A stretch of 64,000 nt of DNA, taken from assembly GCA_048538215.1 (NCBI GenBank), contig JBLYPV010000001.1, positions 333,499-397,498 on the forward strand, written 5' to 3'. Shown in pieces: positions 46,645 through 57,400 of this stretch. The position numbers were made by a program, and so were the translations under genes. The notes beneath the pieces were generated by a model that worked only from the letters and a program-made list of their open reading frames with translations, was not told where the DNA came from and ran no database searches. Position 1 is the first letter of the stretch. Each line of letters begins with the position of its first letter. The DNA is from Patescibacteria group bacterium (GTDB taxonomy: Bacteria; Patescibacteriota; Minisyncoccia; Phycocordibacterales; GCA-2747955).

Positions 46645-46950
46645 TTAATCGAGAGATTTACCCGATGATTTAGCAATGCGCACTTTTTTGCCAGAAGTAC
46701 GATCAATCTTTACACGAGTAGGCTTGCCACTTACTGGATCGATAAGTGATACATTTGATGCATCAATGGGATGGCTCATTTCTACAATGCCTCCTTCATT
46801 TTGATCGCTAGACTTTATGTGCTTTTTCTTGATATTGACACCATCAACAATCACTTTGTTTTTATCTCGGAAAGTTTTAATCACAACGCCCTGCTTGCCT
46901 TTGTCACGGCCTGCGATGACCATTACTTTATCTCCTTGTTTGATCTTCAT
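46645..46950 (-). CDS. rplX: 50S ribosomal protein L24
   Basis: GDKVMVIAGRDKGKQG KOW motif. Confidence 0.96.
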   Translation of the reverse strand: MKIKQGDKVMVIAGRDKGKQGVVIKTFRDKNKVIVDGVNIKKKHIKSSDQNEGGIVEMSHPIDASNVSLIDPVSGKPTRVKIDRTSGKKVRIAKSSGKSLD

Positions 46951-46966
46951 ATAATTCTATTTAGAT

Positions 46967-47341
46967 TTAGACAACCTCAGGGGCAAGTGAAGCGATTTTT
47001 TGATATCCTAACTCAGAAATTTCTCGCGGAATTGGACCAAAAACACGCCCAGCTCGTGGCTCTTTTTTCCCTTCACGATTGATAATAATAATGGCATTTT
47101 CATCAAAATAAATGTATGAACCATCTTTACGGCGGAATGGCTTTCGTTGTCGTACTACTACCGCACGTACTATTTCTTTCTTCTTTATCTGTTTGCGTGG
47201 CTCAGCACTTTGCACTGAAGCAATGACTTCATCACCAATCCGTGCGTATCGTCGCTTGCTACCTCCAAGCACCTTAAATACACGAGCGGTCTTGGCGCCA
47301 CTATTGTCGCTAACTTTGACGATTGTCTGTGGTTGAATCAT
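46967..47341 (-). CDS. rplN: 50S ribosomal protein L14
   Basis: MIQPQT..KVSDNSGAK, SLAPEVV. Confidence 0.97.
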   Translation of the reverse strand: MIQPQTIVKVSDNSGAKTARVFKVLGGSKRRYARIGDEVIASVQSAEPRKQIKKKEIVRAVVVRQRKPFRRKDGSYIYFDENAIIIINREGKKEPRAGRVFGPIPREISELGYQKIASLAPEVV

Positions 47342-47366
47342 AAGCGCTTATTTTAATACTAATAAA

Positions 47367-47612
47367 TTATTCTACGATGGTGAATCGTTTATTTTTTGAG
47401 ATTGGCTTGGTCTCTTGGATGGTCACGGTATCTCCTACCTGGGCAGTATTGCCTGCATTGTGTACTTGATACTTTTTTGTAGTCTTAATGTACTTGTGGT
47501 AGCGAGGATGCTTTACCAATCGTTCTACTGCCACCACAGCAGTATCTTGCATTTTGTTTGAAGTAACAATACCAGTGAGGCGACGTGGATTGGTGTTATT
47601 TGTGTTGCTCAT
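47367..47612 (-). CDS. rpsQ: 30S ribosomal protein S17
   Basis: G.VTSNKMQDT, HPRY.K, ETKPISK.K. Confidence 0.96.
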   Translation of the reverse strand: MSNTNNTNPRRLTGIVTSNKMQDTAVVAVERLVKHPRYHKYIKTTKKYQVHNAGNTAQVGDTVTIQETKPISKNKRFTIVE

Positions 47613-47623
47613 AGATGTAATAA

Positions 47624-47812
47624 TTATGAATCAATAGTAGAACGAGATGATATCTCTGTCTGAAGGCGGGCAATTTCCCGACGAAGATTACGACGAGTAA
47701 CCGCTCCCGGCTTTGATTTACCCAAAGAGAAATCAAGCTCTTGGATGGCCCGCTTTTTCTGGGCGATCATTTCGCGTAATTCACTGACTTGTTTTTTTGC
47801 TAGCTTGCTCAT
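47624..47812 (-). CDS. rpmC: 50S ribosomal protein L29
   Basis: RREIARLQT; position between rplP and rpsQ. Confidence 0.85.
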   Translation of the reverse strand: MSKLAKKQVSELREMIAQKKRAIQELDFSLGKSKPGAVTRRNLRREIARLQTEISSRSTIDS

Positions 47813-47819
47813 ATCAATT

Positions 47820-48239
47820 TTAATATCGTGCTACTACTTTTGACTTTAATGGCATTTTTGTGCCACCTTTGCGAAGTGCTTCTTTGGCTACCTCATCAGA
47901 TACTCCTGACACTTCGAAGAGGACACGCCCTGGCTCTACTTCGAAACAAAAGCCCTGTGGCTCTCCCTTTCCCTTACCCATCGGCACTTCTGCTGATTTC
48001 TCTGTCCATGGACGATCAGGGAAAATACGAATCCACATTTTGCCACTTTTTCCAATAGTACGACGAATAACCTTACGAGCAGCCTCGATTTGATTAGATG
48101 TTACTCGCTCACCAGTAGTAGCTTTCAGCCCGTGTGAGCCAAAATCTACTGAAGCGCCACGAGTGGCCATCCCTCGCTTGTTGATGTGCTTGCGAGCGGT
48201 TTGCCACTTTCTAAATTTTACCTTATTTGGGAATAGCAT
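47820..48239 (-). CDS. rplP: 50S ribosomal protein L16
   Basis: MLFPNKVKFRK, QIEAAR, IRIFPD, MGKGKG. Confidence 0.96.
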   Translation of the reverse strand: MLFPNKVKFRKWQTARKHINKRGMATRGASVDFGSHGLKATTGERVTSNQIEAARKVIRRTIGKSGKMWIRIFPDRPWTEKSAEVPMGKGKGEPQGFCFEVEPGRVLFEVSGVSDEVAKEALRKGGTKMPLKSKVVARY

Positions 48240-48354
48240 ACTTGTAGTAATTACGGTGGAAACGAGCCCAACACATATGACCATACTATATCAAGACGAT
48301 ATGAATGGTGCCTCGACCAGTAGGGTAATGGCCTACTTGGCGAAGTATGTGCTA

Positions 48355-48398
48355 GGCACTATTGTATACCTAACAAAAGTAAGGTATACAATAGTGCC
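48355..48398. terminator. hairpin between rpsC and rplP
   Basis: ggcactattgtatacct-N10-aggtatacaatagtgcc, 17-bp arms. Confidence 0.55.
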
Positions 48399-48422
48399 AA
48401 CCACGAGGATTGGACGATTATA

Positions 48423-49100
48423 TTATGAGCCTTTACGCTCTTTTTCAAAAAGCTCACCACGATAAATCCATACTTTGACTCCAATCACTCCATAAGGAAG
48501 ATTGGCGCGCAACTCACGATAATCGATATCTGCACGCAATGTTTGTAGTGGGATTCGGCCTCGCTTGAGATACTCTCTACGAGACATCTCCGCTCCATTA
48601 AGACGCCCTGAGATAGTAATTTTTATTCCTAATACCTCTTTATTTGCCATTGATTTCTCAATGGTCGTCTTTAATACTCGGCGGAAAGGCATTCGTCGTT
48701 CGAGCCCTTCTACTACACTTGCTGCAACAATCCCTGCATCTGCTTCTGGATTACGGATATCTTCAATCTCGATACGAATATTTTCTGGTACATGGCAATC
48801 GTGCTTCTTGAGAACCCGTACAATTCCTGATTTGAGCTCATTTACCCCCTCTCCTCCGCGACCAATAATCATTCCTGATCGGCTGGTAGCGATAATAATT
48901 TTATAATTTTTATCATCACGTTCGATTTGAATATCAGATACATACTTACCGTGTAGTTTCTGCATAAGGTAGTCTCGCACTACAGTATCTGTTTTAAGAA
49001 ATTCAACGTATTGTTTGCGACCAGCAAACCAGCGAGCCTTCCAATCACGAATACCGCTTCCTCCGAGCCGATGTGCATATGGGTGTACAATTTTAGTCAT
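48423..49100 (-). CDS. rpsC: 30S ribosomal protein S3
   Basis: VHPYAHRLG, SGRLNGAEMSR, PLQTLRADID, GVKVWI. Confidence 0.97.
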   Translation of the reverse strand: MTKIVHPYAHRLGGSGIRDWKARWFAGRKQYVEFLKTDTVVRDYLMQKLHGKYVSDIQIERDDKNYKIIIATSRSGMIIGRGGEGVNELKSGIVRVLKKHDCHVPENIRIEIEDIRNPEADAGIVAASVVEGLERRMPFRRVLKTTIEKSMANKEVLGIKITISGRLNGAEMSRREYLKRGRIPLQTLRADIDYRELRANLPYGVIGVKVWIYRGELFEKERKGS

Positions 49101-49104
49101 AATA

Positions 49105-49458
49105 TTATTTAGAATTATCTACTACGGGAGTAAGGGTGAGGTAGATATGAGAAAGACGGCGACGAAATGCCATCGCTCGACCACGCGATCCTGCACGATG
49201 ACGACGAAGCGATTTACCCTCTTGCACTTGAATATCTGCAATTGTAAGATCTCGAGCATCCATACCAGAATTAGCCACTGCAGAAGCGATGAGGTCTCGG
49301 ACTGCCCCTGCGTGTCGCTTGTTTACAAAAGTCAATTCAGCTAAAGCCTTTTTGGCATTTTTACCGCGTACAAAATCAGCAAGTAAGCCCACCTTACGAG
49401 GAGTGGCTCGGTAATTTTGCAATGAAGCAGTAGTCGTGTTGGCTGTAGTAGTACTCAT
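49105..49458 (-). CDS. rplV: 50S ribosomal protein L22
   Basis: PRKV.L.AD.VRG, SAVAN, RGRA, SHI. Confidence 0.95.
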   Translation of the reverse strand: MSTTTANTTTASLQNYRATPRKVGLLADFVRGKNAKKALAELTFVNKRHAGAVRDLIASAVANSGMDARDLTIADIQVQEGKSLRRHRAGSRGRAMAFRRRLSHIYLTLTPVVDNSK

Positions 49459-49472
49459 ACGAATATAATAAC

Positions 49473-49799
49473 TTATGAAGCTTTAGCAGCTTTAGCGGCA
49501 GCAATTTCTGCCTCACGCTTACGCTGATCAAGCTCTTTCTGAATTTTTCCTCCATGTCGGTGGAATGTTTTACTAGGAGAAAACTCTCCTAGTCGATGTC
49601 CTACCATATCCTCGGTAATATATACTTCGATATGCTTGCGCCCATTATGTACTCCAAAAGTAAAGCCAATCATATCTGGGTGTATTACCGAAGCACGGTC
49701 CCATACTTGTATCACTCCTGTCTCACGAGGAGAAACACCCTCTACTTTTTTGAGGATCTTTGGATTTACATATGGGCCCTTTTTAAGTGATCGTGTCAT
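49473..49799 (-). CDS. rpsS: 30S ribosomal protein S19
   Basis: [21 protein letters not shown]. Confidence 0.97.
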   Translation of the reverse strand: MTRSLKKGPYVNPKILKKVEGVSPRETGVIQVWDRASVIHPDMIGFTFGVHNGRKHIEVYITEDMVGHRLGEFSPSKTFHRHGGKIQKELDQRKREAEIAAAKAAKAS

Positions 49800-49945
49800 A
49801 CTTGTTTACTATTTGCTATCAAGGCTTTCAACCTGACAACAAGATGGCGAGTATTCTACCAAAACTGATGATATAGTCAAATTATTCTTGATATGAAATG
49901 CTCCCTTGGATTGCATAGTTGGATTAGCTAATCTAATTTCATACA

Positions 49946-49989
49946 ATACAAACAAAACGCTCTCCGTGAGGAGAGCGTTTTGTTTGTAT
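49946..49989. terminator. terminator downstream of rplL
   Basis: atacaaacaaaacgctctcc-gtga-ggagagcgttttgtttgtat, 20-bp arms. Confidence 0.7.
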
Positions 49990-50047
49990 AGATTGGAGGA
50001 TTACCTACTCCCATTTTAAGGTAGATTACTCTAGTCTTCTCTATCTC

Positions 50048-50584
50048 TTATTTCAATTCTACAGTACCTCCAGCTCCTTCAATTTCTGCCTTAAGAGCTT
50101 CTGCGTCTTCCTTCTTCATACCTGTCTTAAGCACAGATGGTGCGCTGTCTACAAGCTCCTTGGCTTCTTTAAGCCCGAGCCCAAGAGCTGCCTTTACTGC
50201 CTTGATCACTCCAATTTTGCTGTCTCCAGCAGAGCTAAGCTCAACATCAAATTCTGTTTTCTCTTCGGTGGCATCATCTGCTCCAGCCCCAGCTCCTGCT
50301 ACTGCTACGGCAGCAGCTGATACACCAAATTTCTTTTCGAATACTTTAACGAGCTCATGAAGGTCCAAAACTGACATCTCTTCAATAGCACTCACAATTG
50401 ATTGAAATTTTTCTGGTACTTCTACCTCTTCTGCTTCTTCTACTACCTCTTCTTTAGCCACTGGTGCTTCCTCTTTAACTTCCTCTGCAACAGGAGCATC
50501 TTCCTCTACTACTTCTGTTTGTTCTTCAACAAGAGCTTCTGCTTGTTCCTCTACGCTCTCATCTTGTTTGATTTCGTCGGTCAT
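50048..50584 (-). CDS. rplL: 50S ribosomal protein L7/L12 with acidic N-terminal extension
   Basis: [36 protein letters not shown]. Confidence 0.96.
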   Translation of the reverse strand: MTDEIKQDESVEEQAEALVEEQTEVVEEDAPVAEEVKEEAPVAKEEVVEEAEEVEVPEKFQSIVSAIEEMSVLDLHELVKVFEKKFGVSAAAVAVAGAGAGADDATEEKTEFDVELSSAGDSKIGVIKAVKAALGLGLKEAKELVDSAPSVLKTGMKKEDAEALKAEIEGAGGTVELK

Positions 50585-50610
50585 AATTAATTTGTTATAA
50601 ATGAATAAAT

Positions 50611-51108
50611 TTAGGCCATAGCTTCTTTCTTTTCGGCAATAGCATTGATTCCTGATGCTAATTGCTGAATTGGTGTGTTGATGATATTTACAAACATACC
50701 ACGAAGTGTTTGCAAGTCAGGAATATTAGCTATTTCCAACATTTCTTCTTGGCTTTTGTATACTCCATCAAAGATACCACCTACGATAGCAACTCGCTCT
50801 TTGTATTTTTTAGCATGCTCTTTTACAAGACGAGCTGGTGCCATCAAATCATCACTATATGCAAGCGAAAGCTCCCCTTCTGTCTCTGGTCGAGTGCCGG
50901 AGACCTTTGTCTCTTCAAGTGCCTTTGATATGAGGGTTTTCTTGATTACCGTATATCCAACGCCCTCCTGGCTCATTTGTGTACGCATCGCTGATGTATC
51001 ATTTGCTGATAAGCCATGCGCGTGTACAAATACCGTAGTGGCAGAATTCCCTAGAATATCTTTGGCTTTGCTTAAGAGCTCTTCTTTTCTCTCGCGGGTA
51101 ATTGCCAT
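50611..51108 (-). CDS. rplJ: 50S ribosomal protein L10
   Basis: [24 protein letters not shown]; upstream of rplL. Confidence 0.93.
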   Translation of the reverse strand: MAITRERKEELLSKAKDILGNSATTVFVHAHGLSANDTSAMRTQMSQEGVGYTVIKKTLISKALEETKVSGTRPETEGELSLAYSDDLMAPARLVKEHAKKYKERVAIVGGIFDGVYKSQEEMLEIANIPDLQTLRGMFVNIINTPIQQLASGINAIAEKKEAMA

Positions 51109-51164
51109 AATTACTATATTACTATTAACAATACTCGCACCTCCCCTAAAGAAGATAGCGATTT

Positions 51165-51260
51165 TCAAAAGGTAATTGTAAGACGATAAGTCTACAGAGG
51201 GATATTTAATCGTATATCTATTAGTATCCGACCCACTCTGTCTCTGACCTTTTGATACCG
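51165..51260 (-). promoter_or_regulatory. putative L10 leader (ribosomal protein autoregulatory RNA)
   Basis: Minus strand aaaaggt...gagacagag...ttaaatatccctctgtagac...acctttt upstream of rplJ, resembling L10-leader architecture. Confidence 0.45.
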
Positions 51261-51365
51261 GAGATTATACTGTTCTCTATAAAATGTGCAAGCTTATGAG
51301 CTACGACTCTGGGTGAGTGGGGGTAGATCTCCTTTTAGAGTGAGAATATGCTCTATTTGTATACA

Positions 51366-51770
51366 TTAATTTGGATTGCAGTCACCTAGTGTAGGAGCTG
51401 TACTACGTGGGCCCGCACTTTGCTGTGAAGCAACAAAATAATTGGCATTCACTTCTGCACTCAAAGGAGCGTATATACAAAAGGCATCGGTATTGCCTGT
51501 ATTATCTATAAACTCCACGCCAGTAGGCCACGTACTGAGATGATTTTGTAATCCAATAGCAGCTGATGAAGAGCTTGTATACCCAGGAAAATTTCCCGAG
51601 ATGTCTCGGTCAAGCTCCATAGCTTTCGCTGTTTCTTTTACACCAGTGATTTTGCTACTGTCGGTCGCTTGAGTACGACCTTGATTGAGATTAGTGAATA
51701 CCGTGAGGGCGAGAATCCCGATGATTGCAATCACCATCAAGAGCTCGATCAAGGTAAAAGCTTGTTTCAT
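51366..51770 (-). CDS. type IV pilin (prepilin N-terminal methylation motif)
   Basis: MKQAFTLIELLMVIAIIGIL; C-terminal Cys pair. Confidence 0.88.
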   Translation of the reverse strand: MKQAFTLIELLMVIAIIGILALTVFTNLNQGRTQATDSSKITGVKETAKAMELDRDISGNFPGYTSSSSAAIGLQNHLSTWPTGVEFIDNTGNTDAFCIYAPLSAEVNANYFVASQQSAGPRSTAPTLGDCNPN

Positions 51771-51887
51771 AGCAAAATTATACCAGAGAGAGCCGTGTAA
51801 AGGTATGTATATATATGGACAACACAAAACCCACTCCTTTCACGCATATAGATATCTCTTTAATGCGCTTGAAGTGGGCTTTGATAA

Positions 51888-52217
51888 TTAGATCATTTTT
51901 ACCTCGATGCTAACACCAGAAGGTAAAGATAGATTGGTCAGAGCCTCGGTAATTTTAGTACTTGGATTCAACACATCTATTAAACGTGAGTGAATCCGCA
52001 TTTCATATTGTTCCCGAGAAGTGTTGTAAATAAATGTCGAACGATTAACAGTATATTTTTTCATTTTGGTAGGCATAGGGATTGGCCCAGCTACCTCAGC
52101 ACCTACTCGATGAGCAGCTTCGATGATTTTTTGTACCGAATCATCTAATAGCTTGTGCTCGTAGGCTGAAATTTTGATACGCAATCGTCCTTGATCAGAC
52201 TGATTGTCTTTTGCCAT
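51888..52217 (-). CDS. rpsJ: 30S ribosomal protein S10
   Basis: LRIKISAY, GPIPMPT, SREQYEMRIH.RLID. Confidence 0.97.
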   Translation of the reverse strand: MAKDNQSDQGRLRIKISAYEHKLLDDSVQKIIEAAHRVGAEVAGPIPMPTKMKKYTVNRSTFIYNTSREQYEMRIHSRLIDVLNPSTKITEALTNLSLPSGVSIEVKMI

Positions 52218-52406
52218 CTTTAATTTGATTAAAGCGGCTGGTAACGCACTTATTTTGAAAGTATACTTTCAAAATAAGTAATTTGGTTTTATTTTGTGCG
52301 ATATTTCGAGGAAGGTCGCCGCCGAGCAATCAAGCGGTACAAAGTGGTACCGTGAGTATTGCGAGGCGACAGGCCTGATAAAGAAATTCGCCAAAATAAG
52401 CCAAAT

Positions 52407-53597
52407 TTAGGCTACAACTTTGGTTACAACACCTGCTCCAACAGTCTTCCCTCCTTCGCGTACGGTGAAGCGGGTTTGATCTTCGAGTGCTACAGGAGCG
52501 TGAAGCTTTACCTTGAAAGTCACTGTATCTCCTGGCATTACCATTTCAGTACCTTCAGCAAGAGCTACCTCTCCTGTCACATCAGTAGTTCGAATATAGA
52601 ACTGTGGCTTGTATCCTGTGAAGAATGGAGTGTGTCGACCACCTTCCTCTTTCTTCAAAACATATACTTCAGCTTCAAATTCAGTATGAGGTGTTACACT
52701 TCCTGGAGCAGCAAGCACCTGACCACGAGTAATATCTTCTTTTTTGATTCCACGAATCAAGATACCAGCGTTGTCTCCAGCCTCTGCTTGCTCAAGTGAT
52801 TTATTGAACATCTCTACTCCAGTTACGGTAGTTTTTACTGTGTCATGAATACCCACGATTTCTACTTCCTCTCCTACCTTTACTGTTCCACGATCTACTT
52901 TACCAGTAACAACAGTACCTCGTCCTTCAATAGAGAAAATATCCTCTACCGGCATAAGGAAAGGCTTATCTAAGTCACGAACTGGTACTTCAAAGTAAGT
53001 ATCCATAGCTTTGGTAAGCTCCAAGACCTTTTGTACCCACTCATCATTGACATCACTTGCTTCAGTGGCTTTGAGAGCAGAACCTTGAATAAAAGGAGTT
53101 TCCTCACCATTGTATCCGTATTGGTCGAGAGTTTCTTTGATTTCCTCTTCTACGAGCATAATCATTTCCTCATCATCAACCATATCGCACTTATTAAGAA
53201 ATACGATAATTTTTGGTACTCCGGCTTGCTTGGCAAGCAAGATGTGCTCACGAGTTTGTGGCATCAATCCGTCGGTCACCGCTACCACAAGGATAGCACC
53301 GTCCATTTGAGCTGCACCGGTAATCATATTCTTGATATAGTCGGCGTGCCCTGGAGCATCGATGTGTGCGTAGTGACGATTGACTGTTTCGTACTCGTTG
53401 TGTGAAAGAGCAATGGTAATACCACGCTCTTTTTCTTCTGGAGCATTGTCAATTTCGCTAATATCGCGCATTTTCACTTGATCACCATTAAGGTGAAGTG
53501 AATTAAGAATTGCAGCCGTAAGTGTAGTCTTACCATGGTCTACGTGACCAATGGTACCTACATTCATATGTGGCTTGCTTCGATCAAAATCTGCCAT
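52407..53597 (-). CDS. tuf: elongation factor Tu
   Basis: [34 protein letters not shown]. Confidence 0.98.
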   Translation of the reverse strand: MADFDRSKPHMNVGTIGHVDHGKTTLTAAILNSLHLNGDQVKMRDISEIDNAPEEKERGITIALSHNEYETVNRHYAHIDAPGHADYIKNMITGAAQMDGAILVVAVTDGLMPQTREHILLAKQAGVPKIIVFLNKCDMVDDEEMIMLVEEEIKETLDQYGYNGEETPFIQGSALKATEASDVNDEWVQKVLELTKAMDTYFEVPVRDLDKPFLMPVEDIFSIEGRGTVVTGKVDRGTVKVGEEVEIVGIHDTVKTTVTGVEMFNKSLEQAEAGDNAGILIRGIKKEDITRGQVLAAPGSVTPHTEFEAEVYVLKKEEGGRHTPFFTGYKPQFYIRTTDVTGEVALAEGTEMVMPGDTVTFKVKLHAPVALEDQTRFTVREGGKTVGAGVVTKVVA

Positions 53598-53811
53598 AAT
53601 ATTATATGTTTAGATTAACTAATAATTTCTAATGTGGTCACTCCCCTGCTTTGATTTATGGCCCGACCATGGCTATAAACCCGAGAAAGAACAAAAGCAA
53701 TAAGGTGCCCGATATGATAGCAAATTAGTATAAAAAAACAACAATCGCCGATTTTTTTATATCGTAAAAGTGAGCCACTTAGGGACCCGGTCCCTAAGTG
53801 TATGAACATTT

Positions 53812-54405
53812 TTATAACATCGTCTGATTGATACACTCTTGTATGTATCGCTCTAGTGTTTGCTGATGAGCAGAAAGGGATACGAAATCTTGTTGGTTTA
53901 AGGTATTCTTCATAAATAGTTCTGGAGATATATCTGGAGAAAAAGCTATATCAAAATAGCCAAGTTCGTGCAATATCCGTGCCCTCCCCCATAATTCAAT
54001 ACTATAAAAGTACTTCGGAGCTAAGCTCCTTAGAGCTAGGCTTATCTCATGGAAAATATGATAGAGCACTGAATCACTATCAGCGTGAAGGGACATCTGC
54101 AGAATAAGCGCTCCGAGTCTATCCAATATACCGAGAGCTTCAAAATTATGTACTTGAGTGGTGCTTTCTATCAATCGCCCTCCGGTAATTTGATAGCCCT
54201 TGCGTGACTGAATAGCTTCGAGCTCGATATGGGCAAGCTGGTGTAAAAAATAAGCAAGCTTGGATGACTCTTTGCGCACCGAGGTGGCATGTGCGCTAAT
54301 AAGCCCATAATCACGAGTGAGGATGCGATAGCTCTTATTAGCTTCACCGATATTACTATGCCCCAAAATATAGCCGTAGGTACTTTCGATTTCGTACATA
54401 GCCAT
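53812..54405 (-). CDS. recO: DNA repair protein RecO-like
   Basis: GEANK...ILT.DYGLI.A.A.SVRK..SKL N-terminal OB-fold pattern. Confidence 0.75.
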   Translation of the reverse strand: MAMYEIESTYGYILGHSNIGEANKSYRILTRDYGLISAHATSVRKESSKLAYFLHQLAHIELEAIQSRKGYQITGGRLIESTTQVHNFEALGILDRLGALILQMSLHADSDSVLYHIFHEISLALRSLAPKYFYSIELWGRARILHELGYFDIAFSPDISPELFMKNTLNQQDFVSLSAHQQTLERYIQECINQTML

Positions 54406-54434
54406 ATGGTAGCATAGAGAGTAATCAAATAGAG

Positions 54435-54461
54435 AAAAGGCGCGCCGGAGGCGCGCCTTTT
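54435..54461. terminator. terminator after ileS
   Basis: aaaaggcgcgcc-gga-ggcgcgcctttt. Confidence 0.75.
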
Positions 54462-54470
54462 TGCTATACA

Positions 54471-57400
54471 TTATTCAAGTACTACCATCTCTGCCCTAAA
54501 GGCGAGCTCATTGGCGTATTGAGTGTCTCCATCAAGTGTATCTACAAAATCTACTCCACTGACACCTGCAATATCTTCTAATTCACTGAAATAGCGCTTG
54601 ACCATTCGCTCTCCTGATTCGTCCATTTGCAAATGAAGATATATTTTATCTTTAGGAGAGCAATTTTTATCTTTACGCATATTTTGAATATGTCTGACAA
54701 ACTCTCGAAAATCGCCTTCTTCTTGTAATTCTGGAGTAAGCTCGGAATCAAGCACAACGGGAACATTTGTATTTTTGTCAAAATGTATTGCTTTTACATT
54801 AAGCTCCTCACGAATACTCTGCATCAGTGCTTCATTGATCACATCTGAAAGCATCGTACCTTCATCAGCATTATAGAGCTCATCACGCAAGGTAGCAGAT
54901 GCAAGTGGCTGTCGTACCTTAAGGCCAGCACTCACCCGCGCCTCAAGTCCGCGCGAAACAAGCTCTCTAACTCGTGCCATAACTGCAATACTTTCATAGG
55001 AAATACCCCGGGTAGTCGGCCAGAGCTCGAGGTGTACTGATTCATTCTCACCTGCCTCTCGTAGCTCTCGAAAGATATACTCTGCAGTAAAAGGCATAAA
55101 GGGGGCTATAATTTTTGAAAATTCTTTAAGCACAAAGTACGTAGTACGCTGAGCATTTGCAATATCCTCCCTATCCTTGCCCTTAAATCGAGATCGGCTA
55201 CGACGTATATACCAATTAGAAAAATCCTCTACAAAGTCGTAAAAGGGAGCGCATGCTCGATCAAGCTCATAAGCATCGAGGCCTCGTGTCGCCTGCTCTA
55301 ATACTTCTTCAAGTCGTGAGAGAATCCAGCGATCCAGTGGGTGGGGTGAATCAAATGGACTATGTGTAAAATCTATATTGTCATCTCGATATATTTGGAA
55401 AAAGCTTAAAGTATTTTTAAGTCGAATAACAATTTTTTTATTAACCTCATCGATATCTTTTTCTGAAAGATTGACACTTTCTCCGCGCAACACGGGACTA
55501 TTGAGTAAGAAGTATCGCAGTGCATCTGCACCATATCTATCAAAGACTAGATCAAGCTCAGGATAATTTTGTAGCTTCTTAGACATTTTTTTGCCATCTT
55601 CTGCCATTACAAAGCCTGTCACTATTACATTCTTCATTGGGGACTTCTCAAAAAGTCCTACCCCCAAAGCAAGCAAGCTATAAAACCATCCTCGGGTCTG
55701 ATCTATCGCCTCACAAATAAAATCTGCTGGATAAGCGAAATTATCAATGCGTGATTCTGGTGTATTCTCTCCTTGATAATATTTTGAAGCATAAGGCATT
55801 GAGCCGGATTCATACCAACAATCAAACACTTCGCCTATGAGCTTGTAAGGCTCACCTTTTTCATTTTTATAGCTTACCGCATCAAGATAGGGGCGATGCA
55901 GATCAAGCTCGAATTCATTATTGTGAGGAATAGGAGCAAAATCTAAGTAATATATTTCCTCTTTGCCTGCTTTCGCTTTTTGCTCCTCTCTATATTTTGC
56001 TAATTGCTCATTTGCTACTCCCTCTACTCCTGCTTGAGCAAGGTGTATCATATCGGGGTGTGTGATAAGCAGAATCGTAGCATTTTCATACTGCTCATCT
56101 AATTCATAGATCACTTCAGTAATTCTTTTTTTAGCTTCTCGATAATACTCACCCCCTTCTAAAACAGCATCATAACCCTCTTGGGAAATACCCGCTTGCT
56201 TTACTGCTTCTTTAAATTCCTGCTCTGATGTCCCCGACAAATCATCCCCCAAGTAGCGCTTACGCAAACGATTATCTTCTCGCACTTCTTTAACACTCAA
56301 GGCATTCTCAAGCATAAGGGCAGTTTGCTTGGTGCAATTATAGGGCGAGTGGGCAATCACATCGATTGCCTTTCGCTTATGCTCTCCAAGCATATGGCTA
56401 ATACGCTTGCTTGTATCCAGCACTTCATCTTTACCCCGCTCTGATAGCCGATCAGCTTCTGCACCCACTTCAAGTGACACAAGATTGGTACTGTCTGCCA
56501 CTGATTCTCCATGTGGAATGACAATAAAGTGATTATTAGATCTTAATTTCTCCTGTATCTCATGTATTGAGCCAAGAATCTCATACTCTCCTGTAGTTTG
56601 ATTCTCCCATACAGGAAGTGGTGCTCCCCAAAAGCGAGAACGAGATACCGCCCAATCTACATTATTAGCAATCCAATTATGAAATCTCTTGTGTCCGATG
56701 TGCTCTGGTACCCAGTGCATTGCGCTATTTTCTGCAAGCATTTTCTCTCGTAGCTTGGTGGTGGCTATAAACCAGCTTGAGGTAGCGTAATTGAGAAGTG
56801 GAGTGTCACAACGCCAGCAATGCGGATATGAATGCACTATTTTTTCTTTACTAAACAAGAGCCCGCGATGTGCTAAATATTTAATAACAGCAATATCAGC
56901 AGATTGGTGATCCTCTTTAGACTTGACCAACATCCCAGCAAAATCTACAACCTCTGGAACAAACTGCCCACTAGTGGTCACGTGATGAACCATAGGGATA
57001 TTTTGCTTTTGTGCTAGGTAATAATCATCAGCACCAAAGGCAGGAGCTTCGTGGGCGATTCCTGTACCAGATTCGTCATTTACAAAATCTGCTTCATATA
57101 CTTTCCAGCCATTCTCATGATGCTCGATTGATGTGTCTGTATAAAAGTAATCAAATGGAGGAATATATGATTTGCCCACCAAAGCATCACTTCCCAAAAC
57201 ACTCAGCTCTTCCCACTCGGGAATACCCGCTTGTTGCATCACCTCTTCTAAGCGTGATTGCGCGAGAATATACTGCTCTCTTGTGTCTTCTCGCATCACA
57301 GCGACCTTTACATAAATTACTTCGGGACCCACAGCAATTGCTGTATTTCCCGGTAGTGTCCATGGAGTGGTGGTCCAGGCTAGTAGATAGGTGCCGGGCT

